Source: Planctomycetota bacterium (GTDB lineage Bacteria > Planctomycetota > Phycisphaerae > Sedimentisphaerales > Anaerohalosphaeraceae). Taken from it: 64,000 nucleotides of DNA. Shown here piece by piece: positions 33,816 through 41,557 of the stretch. Every line of letters starts with the position of its first letter. The first letter of the stretch is position 1. The stretch spans positions 43,610 to 107,609 of the forward strand of contig JAKPDO010000025.1 in NCBI GenBank assembly GCA_029552545.1, in the 5' to 3' direction. The notes beneath the pieces are model-generated. The model saw only the letters and a list, made by a program, of their open reading frames with translations, searched no databases and was not told where the DNA came from. The position numbers and the translations under genes are program-made.

Positions 33816-35741
33816 ATGAGAAGAGGTCTTATTGCTGTTTTTTCATTTCTTTTCCTGCCTTTTTATTTAGCTGCGGCAACAAGGTATATGGAGAATCTTG
33901 ACAGGGGGGTCATTGCCGTCCGGTCTGGCAATTCTAACTATATCGGATGGAGATTGCTCGGAACTGACCCCGCCGATATTTCATTCAATATCTATCGGGA
34001 TTCTGTAAAAATTACTTCCACGCCGATTACCGGTTCAACCAATTATTCAGATACGGGCGGGACCCTTTCCAGCACCTATCGGATAGCCCCGGTTATTAAC
34101 GGGATTGAACGGAAGGCCACAGAACCGATCGGGGTTTGGTCTACTCCATATCTGACGGTTCCTCTTCAGGTGCCTGCCGGCGTAACGACACCGGACGGCT
34201 ATACCTGTACCTACAGTCCGAACGACTGCAGTGTCGGCGATGTAGATGGGGATGGGCAGTATGAGATTATTGTCAAGTGGGACCCGGATAATTCCAAAGA
34301 TAATTCTGTTTCAGGTTATACAGGGAATGTTTATCTGGATGCCTATAAATTAGACGGCACATTTTTGTGGCGGATTGATTTGGGAATCAATATTCGAGCC
34401 GGGGCGCATTATACCCAGTTTATGGTGTATGATTTGGACAGCGACGGACGGGCGGAGGTAGCGTGCAAGACAGCCCCTTATACCGTGGACGGACAGGGCA
34501 ATTATGTCCTGATGCCCGGGGATGTGCTGGCGGATTACCGCAACAGCAGCGGGTATATCCTTGATGGGCCGGAATATTTGACGATTTTTGACGGACTGAC
34601 GGGTGCGGCACTGGCAACGACTTATTATGTTCCGCCTCGCGGGACTGTGAGCAGCTGGGGGGATTCCTACGGCAACCGAGTGGACCGATTTCTGGCGTGT
34701 GTGGCTTATCTGGACGGCCAGCGGCCCAGTCTGGTGATGTGCCGCGGCTACTATACGCGGGCGGTGCTGGCTGCCTGGGACTGGCGGGACGGTCAGTTGA
34801 CCCAGCGGTGGGTATTTGATACAAACAACGGCTATTCCTCCTATATGGGACAGGGCAATCACAATTTGAGTGTGGCCGATGTGGACGGCGACGGCTTTGA
34901 TGAGATTGTTTACGGCTCCTGTACGATTGACCATAATGGAAAGGGGTTGTATTCAACAGGGCTCGGCCATGGGGATGCCCTGCATGTATCGGATATGGAC
35001 CCGGACCGGCCGGGGCTGGAGGTCTGGCAGTGCCATGAGTCTTCACCTTACGGGGCCACATTCCGAGATGCGGGAACGGGTGAAGTAATTTTCCGTTATA
35101 CGGCAAGCGAGGATACAGGCCGGGCCTGTGCCGGCGACATCCGGGCGGATTATCGAGGGTATGAGGTCTGGGCTTCTACCGGAGTGCCTTTGGCCACGTG
35201 TACCGGAATAAACTTGGGCAGTCACTCCAATCCTATCAACTTTATGGTCTGGTGGGATGGGGATTTATTGCGGGAATTTCTCAACAGCAACGTGATCAGC
35301 AAATATGGTGTCGGCACGCTGCTGACGGCAACCGGCTGTTCAGCCAACAACGGAACCAAATCGACTCCGTGTCTGTCGGCAGACCTTTTCGGAGACTGGC
35401 GGGAGGAGGTGATTTGGCGGACAACCGACAACAGCTCTTTGCGAATTTATACAACCACAGCCGTGACCAGTTATCGGTTCTATACGCTGATGCATGACCC
35501 CCAGTATCGGTTGGCAATTGCCTGGCAGAATGTGGCTTACAATCAGCCGCCGCATCCGGGGTTTTACCTGGGCGATGGGATGGCATCTCCGCCGTTGCCG
35601 GATATTATGTTGGCGGGTGCTGATTGGTTATACGGTGATTTTACGGAGGACGGCGTTGTGAATCTGGACGATCTGCCTTTCGTTTGCGGACATCTGGCTT
35701 CTGAACGATTGCGGTCTGACCACCGGGTTGGATTTGAATGA
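33816..35741 (+). CDS. polysaccharide lyase family 11 rhamnogalacturonan lyase (catalytic part; frame breaks near 35682)
   Basis: ATG 33816 gives the signal peptide MRRGLIAVFSFLFLPFYLAAA. MENLDRGVIAVRS..YIGWRLLGTDP resembles Bacillus YesW/YesX. Repeated Ca-binding propeller loops: DVDGDGQYEI, DLDSDGRAEV and DVDGDGFDEI. Confidence 0.85.
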   Translation: MRRGLIAVFSFLFLPFYLAAATRYMENLDRGVIAVRSGNSNYIGWRLLGTDPADISFNIYRDSVKITSTPITGSTNYSDTGGTLSSTYRIAPVINGIERKATEPIGVWSTPYLTVPLQVPAGVTTPDGYTCTYSPNDCSVGDVDGDGQYEIIVKWDPDNSKDNSVSGYTGNVYLDAYKLDGTFLWRIDLGINIRAGAHYTQFMVYDLDSDGRAEVACKTAPYTVDGQGNYVLMPGDVLADYRNSSGYILDGPEYLTIFDGLTGAALATTYYVPPRGTVSSWGDSYGNRVDRFLACVAYLDGQRPSLVMCRGYYTRAVLAAWDWRDGQLTQRWVFDTNNGYSSYMGQGNHNLSVADVDGDGFDEIVYGSCTIDHNGKGLYSTGLGHGDALHVSDMDPDRPGLEVWQCHESSPYGATFRDAGTGEVIFRYTASEDTGRACAGDIRADYRGYEVWASTGVPLATCTGINLGSHSNPINFMVWWDGDLLREFLNSNVISKYGVGTLLTATGCSANNGTKSTPCLSADLFGDWREEVIWRTTDNSSLRIYTTTAVTSYRFYTLMHDPQYRLAIAWQNVAYNQPPHPGFYLGDGMASPPLPDIMLAGADWLYGDFTEDGVVNLDDLPFVCGHLASERLRSDHRVGFE

Positions 35742-35796
35742 GGATTGCCTGATTAATTATTATGAGTTTGCCGTATTTGCCGAAAACTGGGAAGGG
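35631..35796 (+). other. dockerin-like two-segment module split by the PL11 frame break
   Basis: YGDFTEDGVVNLDDLPF (frame 0), then FADIWLLNDCGLTTGLDLNEDCLINYYEFAVFAENWEG (frame +1). Confidence 0.5.
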
Positions 35797-36513
35797 CCGG
35801 AGCGGATTCCGCCGGCGGTTCCGACGGGTCTGCTGGCCTGGGCCGGCGACGGAATGGTGACACTGGACTGGGCGGATAATACGGAGTCCGACCTGCTCGG
35901 GTACAATGTCTATCGCTCAGAGACATCCGGCAGCGGGTATATCCTGCTCAATCCGGAGCCGCTGACGGCTTCGGCATATGTGGATACGTCTGTTCAGAAT
36001 GGATTGACCTATTATTATGTAGTGACGGCTGTGGACAATCTGCTCAACGAGTCAGCATATTCGAGTGAGGTCATTGCGGCACCGGACAGCATTACCACGA
36101 TTGTGATTCAGGAAAATGAGCCGGGCTTTATCGGGGTTTTCACGGGGACGATTGACAGCAACAATGCGGGCTTTACCGGCACCGGTTTTGCCAATACAAA
36201 CAACGCCGTCGGGATGTATATTGAGTGGTCCGTGTATGCGGCCTCGGCGGGCACATACCAGCTGCAGTGGCGATATGCCAACGGCAGCACCAACAACCGG
36301 ACTGGAGCCGTAAGTGTCGGCGGAGTCACTCAGGCGACTGCCATCAGTTTTCCGAGCACCGGCGGCTGGACATCGTGGACCACGTCGGCTTTGGTTCCTG
36401 TGTCTTTGTCGGCCGGCAGCAATCGGATTCGTCTGATTGCGGAAATGTCGGAGGGGCTGGCCAATATCGACTGGATGTCGGTGACAGGGGTTTCGCCTCT
36501 GCCGGGTTCATAG
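35728..36513 (+). CDS. Fn3 + CBM35/CBM6-like carbohydrate-binding tail, probably the detached C-terminus of the PL11 lyase
   Basis: This frame is open from 35662. Fn3 region (VTLDWADNTESDLLGYNVYRSETSG..TYYYVVTAVD). CBM35-like region (IQENEPGF....NAGFTGTGFAN....IEWSVYAASAGTYQLQWRYANG...GGWTSW..). Confidence 0.7.
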   Translation: MDLNEDCLINYYEFAVFAENWEGPERIPPAVPTGLLAWAGDGMVTLDWADNTESDLLGYNVYRSETSGSGYILLNPEPLTASAYVDTSVQNGLTYYYVVTAVDNLLNESAYSSEVIAAPDSITTIVIQENEPGFIGVFTGTIDSNNAGFTGTGFANTNNAVGMYIEWSVYAASAGTYQLQWRYANGSTNNRTGAVSVGGVTQATAISFPSTGGWTSWTTSALVPVSLSAGSNRIRLIAEMSEGLANIDWMSVTGVSPLPGS

Positions 36514-36539
36514 AAAAGGTCTTTGTCAGGGAGGACACA

Positions 36540-38555
36540 ATGAAAGGGTTTGGACGGCTATGGGTTTTGGCTGTTTTGGCGGCTGTATTTTCGAACGCGC
36601 AGAGCAAGACTGAAGCCGGAGAAGAGAAGATTGCCTCCAAACCGCTGTATCGGGACCCGGTGTATGACGGGGCGGCGGACCCGGTGCTGGTCTGGCATCC
36701 GGATGAAAAGAAATGGCTGATGTTTTATACCAACCGCCGGGCCAACGCCGCCGACGCCGAAGGTGTCAGCTGGGTGCATGGAACGCCGATTGGGATTGCC
36801 GAATCCGCTGACGGCGGAGCGACCTGGACCTATCGGGGCAAAGCCAATATCAGATACAAAAAAGGAGACGATACCTACTGGGCCCCCGAGATTGTCGAGC
36901 ACGAAGGCACTTGGCATATGTATCTGACCTATGTGCCGGGGATTTTCCGCGACTGGAACCATCCGCGTCAGATTCTTCATTTGACCAGCCGAAATTTGAT
37001 TGACTGGGAGTATCAATCCACCCTTTCGCTTTCCTCCGACCGGGTGATTGATGCCTGTGTCTATCGGCTGCCCGACGGCACGTGGCGGATGTGGTACAAC
37101 AACGAGCGCGACGGCAAGTCCATTTATTATGCGGACAGCCGGGATCTGTATCAGTGGGAAGATAAGGGCAGGGTGCCCGGACAGTGGAGGGGCGAAGGGC
37201 CGAAGGTCTTCTGGTGGAGGGGATTCTACTGGATGCTGGTGGATGTCTGGGACGGGCTGGGGGTGTACCGCTCGTCCGATGCCCTGAACTGGGAGCGGCA
37301 GAAAGACAACCTGCTCCGGGAGCCGGGGACGGGGGCGGATGACCAGGTCAAAGGCGGCCATCCGGATGTGGTGGTCAGCGGCGACCGGGCGTTTGTGTTT
37401 TATTTCACGCATCCCGGCCGAAGGGGAGAGGATGCCCGAAAAGACGGTTTCGAGCAGCGGCGCAGCTCGATTCAGGTCGCTGAACTTTTTGAGAAAGACG
37501 GCTGGCTTTTCTGCGACCGAAACCGGCCGGTGAGAATCGATCTGAAAGGAACCTCCGTGGGCCGCCGGGACATGCAGGCGGTTTATGAACAGGTCAGGAC
37601 ACCGTATAAGTATGGTGTCGTAATTGAACCGCATGCGGGCAAGATGGTGGACGGCCCGACGGTCTTTCGTCATCAGGGCCGCTGGTATATGATTTATTTT
37701 CAGATGGAAGACAAACCCGCCGGCTATACCACCCATCTGGCGGTCAGCGATGATTTGGTGCACTGGAGCCCGCAGGGGGTGATTCTGCCGCACGGGCAGG
37801 AGGGCGCCTGGGACTGGGCGCAGGCCGCCGGCGGGATCGCTCTATACGATTATCGGTGGGGAGGGAACTATGGACTGCACACCCATGACGGCAAATACTG
37901 GCTGTCTTATCTGGGCGGAGAAAAGGAAGGATACGAAACGCCGCCGCTGTCCATCGGGCTGGCCTGGACGGATGACCCGACGGCGGCCAAACCTTGGCAG
38001 CGTCTGGCCGGGCCGGTTCTGCGTCCCTCGGACCCGGATGCCCGCCTTTTTGAGAGAAGGACGTTGTTTAAGAGCCATATCATTTATGACCCGCAGCAAA
38101 CGGTTGGGGCTCCGTATGTGATGTTTTACAATGCGGCCGCCCGCGAAGGCGGAGAGCGGATCGGAATGGCCGTTTCGCACGATATGGTGCAGTGGAAACG
38201 GTTCGGTCCGGGGCCGGTTGTGGAAAACCGCTCGCCTGCCGGAAAGGCCGGCATCAGCGGGGACCCGCAGATTGCCAAAATCGGTGACCTGTGGGTGATG
38301 TTTTATTTCGGGGCGTTCTGGCGGCCGGGGGCTTTTGATACCTTTGCCTGCTCGTATGATTTGGTGCACTGGACCAAATGGGACGGCCCGGATTTGATTG
38401 TCTCCTCCGAACCGTGGGACGAGACGTATGCCCACAAGCCCTGGGTTGTCTATTGGAACGGAATCGTTTATCATTTTTACTGTGCGGTCGGACAAAAGGG
38501 GAGGGCGATTGCCCTGGCGGCATCGAAAGACCTGAAAGAGACGGCGGAACCATAA
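36540..38555 (+). CDS. tandem five-bladed beta-propeller glycoside hydrolase (GH43/GH32/GH130-clan-like, two modules)
   Basis: ATG 36540 gives the signal peptide MKGFGRLWVLAVLAAVFSNAQS; the 105 upstream ORF-track codons were rejected. Module 1 has AADPVLVWHPDEKKWLMFYT, YWAPEIVEHEGTWHMYL and GEGPKVFWW. Module 2 has DGPTVFRHQGRWYMIYF.. and ..AHKPWVVYWNGIVYHFY. The exact family is not resolved by eye. Confidence 0.65.
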   Translation: MKGFGRLWVLAVLAAVFSNAQSKTEAGEEKIASKPLYRDPVYDGAADPVLVWHPDEKKWLMFYTNRRANAADAEGVSWVHGTPIGIAESADGGATWTYRGKANIRYKKGDDTYWAPEIVEHEGTWHMYLTYVPGIFRDWNHPRQILHLTSRNLIDWEYQSTLSLSSDRVIDACVYRLPDGTWRMWYNNERDGKSIYYADSRDLYQWEDKGRVPGQWRGEGPKVFWWRGFYWMLVDVWDGLGVYRSSDALNWERQKDNLLREPGTGADDQVKGGHPDVVVSGDRAFVFYFTHPGRRGEDARKDGFEQRRSSIQVAELFEKDGWLFCDRNRPVRIDLKGTSVGRRDMQAVYEQVRTPYKYGVVIEPHAGKMVDGPTVFRHQGRWYMIYFQMEDKPAGYTTHLAVSDDLVHWSPQGVILPHGQEGAWDWAQAAGGIALYDYRWGGNYGLHTHDGKYWLSYLGGEKEGYETPPLSIGLAWTDDPTAAKPWQRLAGPVLRPSDPDARLFERRTLFKSHIIYDPQQTVGAPYVMFYNAAAREGGERIGMAVSHDMVQWKRFGPGPVVENRSPAGKAGISGDPQIAKIGDLWVMFYFGAFWRPGAFDTFACSYDLVHWTKWDGPDLIVSSEPWDETYAHKPWVVYWNGIVYHFYCAVGQKGRAIALAASKDLKETAEP

Positions 38556-38591
38556 GTCGTACCGATAGAGGAATCATACAGAGGAGTTTTT

Positions 38592-39971
38592 ATGAATTCG
38601 CAAAGAATGGTTTCTTTAGTGGGGTTGCTGCTGGGAGTTTCGGCGGCGGTTGGGGCCAGGGAGTTTAACGCCTGCGAATACGGGGCGGTGCCGGACGGCA
38701 AGACGGTCAATACCAAGGCCATTCAGAAAGCGATTGACGCCTGCGCACAGGCGGGCGGCGGAACGGTGATGTTTTCGCCCGGTACCTATCTGAGCGGTTC
38801 GATTTTTCTCAAAGAGCGGGTGGATTTGCGGGTGGATGAAGGGGTCTTGATTAAGGGAGTTCAGGATGAGTCGGAGTATCCGGAAATCTATACGCGCGTG
38901 GCGGGAATTGAGACGGACTGGCCCGCGGCGCTGATTAATGCCCACAATGTGTCCAACGTGCGGATTTACGGCAAGGGGACTATCGACGGTGCCGGCTCAA
39001 TGTGGTGGGACAAATACTGGACAATGCGGCGGGAGTATGACCCCAAGGGCCTGCGCTGGGTGGTGGACTATGACTGCAAGCGGCCGCGGCTGATTCTGAT
39101 TTACAATGCGTCCAATGTGAAGCTGGAGGGCCTGACGCTTCAGGAGCCGGGCTTCTGGACGGTTCATATCTGCTACAGCACCAATGTCGTCGTGGACGGG
39201 CTGACGATTCGGGCCAACCTCGATGAGCGGGTCGGCCCCAGTTCGGACGGGATTGACATCGATTCGTCCTCCAACGTGCTGGTGCAGAACTGCGATATTG
39301 ACTGCAACGATGACAATTTCTGTCTGAAGGCCGGACGGGATGCCGACGGGTTGCGGGCAAACCGTCCGACGTACAATGTGGTGATTCGGGACTGCATCGC
39401 CCGCCGCGGACACGGGCTGATTACCTTCGGCAGCGAGACTTCCGGCGGCATTTACAATGTGGAGGCATACAACCTGAAGGCCTACGGAACCACCACCGGC
39501 ATTCGGTTCAAATCCACGCAGGGCCGAGGCGGCACGGTGCGGGATGCCTACCTGCACGATATTCAGATGCACAATGTCCGCGAGGCCGTCAAGCTGGATT
39601 ATGACTGGTATCCGGCGTACAACACAGTGCCGGAGGAGGTGCGCAAACAGCTGGAGGCGGAGGGCCGGGAGTTTCCCAAACACTGGAAGGCGCTGCTCCA
39701 GCAGGTGCCGGAGGATTTGGGGACGCCGTATATTCGGGATATTACCATTCGCAACATCAAGGCGGTGGATTCAGAGACGGCGATTTCCGTCAGCGGACGC
39801 AAAAATCAGCCGGCTGGTTTCTTTTTGCTGGAAAACATTGATATCACCTCCAAAAAGGCGGGCGTCATTAAGAATGCGGAAAACTGGGTTTTTCGGAATG
39901 TCCGGATTCAGGCGGAAGATGGTTCAAAGGTTCGGCTTGAAAACTGCAGCAATATGACGGGGCTTGAATGA
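38592..39971 (+). CDS. glycoside hydrolase family 28 (polygalacturonase/rhamnogalacturonase type)
   Basis: FNACEYGAVPDGKTVNTKAIQKAIDAC..GGGTV, SSDGIDIDSS, NCDIDCNDDNFCLKAG, GHGLITFGSE and IRFKS. Together these are the GH28 parallel beta-helix motifs. Confidence 0.9.
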   Translation: MNSQRMVSLVGLLLGVSAAVGAREFNACEYGAVPDGKTVNTKAIQKAIDACAQAGGGTVMFSPGTYLSGSIFLKERVDLRVDEGVLIKGVQDESEYPEIYTRVAGIETDWPAALINAHNVSNVRIYGKGTIDGAGSMWWDKYWTMRREYDPKGLRWVVDYDCKRPRLILIYNASNVKLEGLTLQEPGFWTVHICYSTNVVVDGLTIRANLDERVGPSSDGIDIDSSSNVLVQNCDIDCNDDNFCLKAGRDADGLRANRPTYNVVIRDCIARRGHGLITFGSETSGGIYNVEAYNLKAYGTTTGIRFKSTQGRGGTVRDAYLHDIQMHNVREAVKLDYDWYPAYNTVPEEVRKQLEAEGREFPKHWKALLQQVPEDLGTPYIRDITIRNIKAVDSETAISVSGRKNQPAGFFLLENIDITSKKAGVIKNAENWVFRNVRIQAEDGSKVRLENCSNMTGLE

Positions 39972-41542
39972 AAACAACAGCAGGTTTTTGCAGGATGGTA
40001 TTCAAAACAACGGTTCTCCTTTGGATTGTTTCCTTTCTTTCAACTCCGGCACTTGCCCTTCAGGTTGGCGGCATTTTCGGCGATTCGATGGTGCTTCAGC
40101 AGGGCCGGCCGATTCCAGTCTGGGGGAAGGCATCTGCAGGGGAGGAAATCACCGTCCGGCTGGCGGAGCAGAAAAAAAGCGTGCTGGCGGATGCGTCGGG
40201 TCGCTGGCGGATTATGCTGGAGCCGATGCTGGCCGGCGGGCCGTATGAATTGGCGGTTTCCGGCAAGACCGAGCAGCGGCTTTTTGAGGATGTGTGGGTC
40301 GGCGAGGTGTGGCTTTGCTCGGGCCAGTCGAATATGGATATGACGGTCGCTCGGGGGGACCGGACCTGGTGCGGCGTGCTCGACGAGGAGGCGGAGGTGG
40401 CGGCGGCAAACTGGCCGGGCATTCGGGTCTTTGATGTGCCGTTTCGAACGGGCGATGAACCTGCAGAGGATGTCGAGGGCCAGTGGGAGGTCTGTTCTCC
40501 TGCAACGGTTGGACGTTTTTCGGCGGCGGCATACTTTTTTGCCCGCGAGATTCACAAAAAATTGAATGTACCGGTTGGGTTGATTACAACGGCTTACGGG
40601 GGCAGCACCGCCGAGGCCTGGGTAAGCCGAAAGGCCCTCGAGGCCGAAACAGACCTGCACTTTCTGCTGGAGGAGTACGCCCGAAGATGTCAGGAGTTTG
40701 ACAGCGGGGCGTCTCAAAAAAAGTATGAGGCGGATTTGGCCGCCTGGAAAGAGGTCTCCGCCAAGGCCGAAGCCGCCGGACAAAAACCCCCGCGAAAACC
40801 CGCCGCTCCGAAAAATCCGCATCTGGATCAGCACAGCCCCTGCGTGCTGTATAACGCAATGGTTTCCCCGCTGATTCCCTATGCCATTCGCGGGGCCTTG
40901 TGGTATCAGGGGGAGTCCAATATCCCGACGGCGGCGGTGTATGACCGGATTATGGAAACACTCATCCGGGACTGGAGAAGCCGCTGGGGACAGGGGGATT
41001 TTCCGTTTGTGTATGTGCAGCTGGCCGGCTACGGCAAGCCGCCGGCGGAGCCCTGCCGGGGCGGTGGGACAACGCGGGTACGGGAAGCCCAGGCGAAAAA
41101 TCGCAATCTCCCCAATGTTGCGATGGTTACGGCGGTCGATATCGGGGAGTCGGACAATATTCATCCCAAGAATAAACAGGAAGTCGGCAGGCGTTTGGCC
41201 CTGGCGGCCCGCGCGCTGGCCTATGGGGAAAAGATTGAATACTCCGGCCCCGTCTTTGAAAGTATGGTGGTGGAGGACAGCTGCATTTGTCTGTCTTTTT
41301 CGCATCTCGGAGGCGGGTTGGTCTTGAAAGAAGGCAGCCCGAGCGGCTTTGCGATTGCAGGTCCCGACCGAAAATTTCACTGGGCCGACGCCCGGATTGA
41401 GGGCGATACAGTGGTGGTCTGCTCACCGCAGGTCCAGGAACCGCTGGCGGTCCGTTATGCGTGGGATGATTTTCCTTTTGTGAGCTTGTATAACGCGGAA
41501 GGATTGCCCGCCGTGCCATTTCGCACGGATTCTTTTGAATAA
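39968..41542 (+). CDS. sialate O-acetylesterase-like (SASA family) carbohydrate esterase
   Basis: ATGA overlap with the GH28 stop. GDSMVLQQGRPIPVWGKA, WLCSGQSNM and ALWYQGESN. Confidence 0.85.
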   Translation: MKTTAGFCRMVFKTTVLLWIVSFLSTPALALQVGGIFGDSMVLQQGRPIPVWGKASAGEEITVRLAEQKKSVLADASGRWRIMLEPMLAGGPYELAVSGKTEQRLFEDVWVGEVWLCSGQSNMDMTVARGDRTWCGVLDEEAEVAAANWPGIRVFDVPFRTGDEPAEDVEGQWEVCSPATVGRFSAAAYFFAREIHKKLNVPVGLITTAYGGSTAEAWVSRKALEAETDLHFLLEEYARRCQEFDSGASQKKYEADLAAWKEVSAKAEAAGQKPPRKPAAPKNPHLDQHSPCVLYNAMVSPLIPYAIRGALWYQGESNIPTAAVYDRIMETLIRDWRSRWGQGDFPFVYVQLAGYGKPPAEPCRGGGTTRVREAQAKNRNLPNVAMVTAVDIGESDNIHPKNKQEVGRRLALAARALAYGEKIEYSGPVFESMVVEDSCICLSFSHLGGGLVLKEGSPSGFAIAGPDRKFHWADARIEGDTVVVCSPQVQEPLAVRYAWDDFPFVSLYNAEGLPAVPFRTDSFE

Positions 41543-41557
41543 GCATAGGAGCAAGAA

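Noticed and set aside
36558-41380. Long minus-strand ORFs at 36558..37793, 37842..38495, 38997..39683 and 40040..41380, opposite the pectin-locus genes. The ORF 2506..3762 opposite rpoA/rplQ is the same kind of case.
   Set aside because: All lie fully within well-supported sense genes and translate to Arg/Pro-rich noise.
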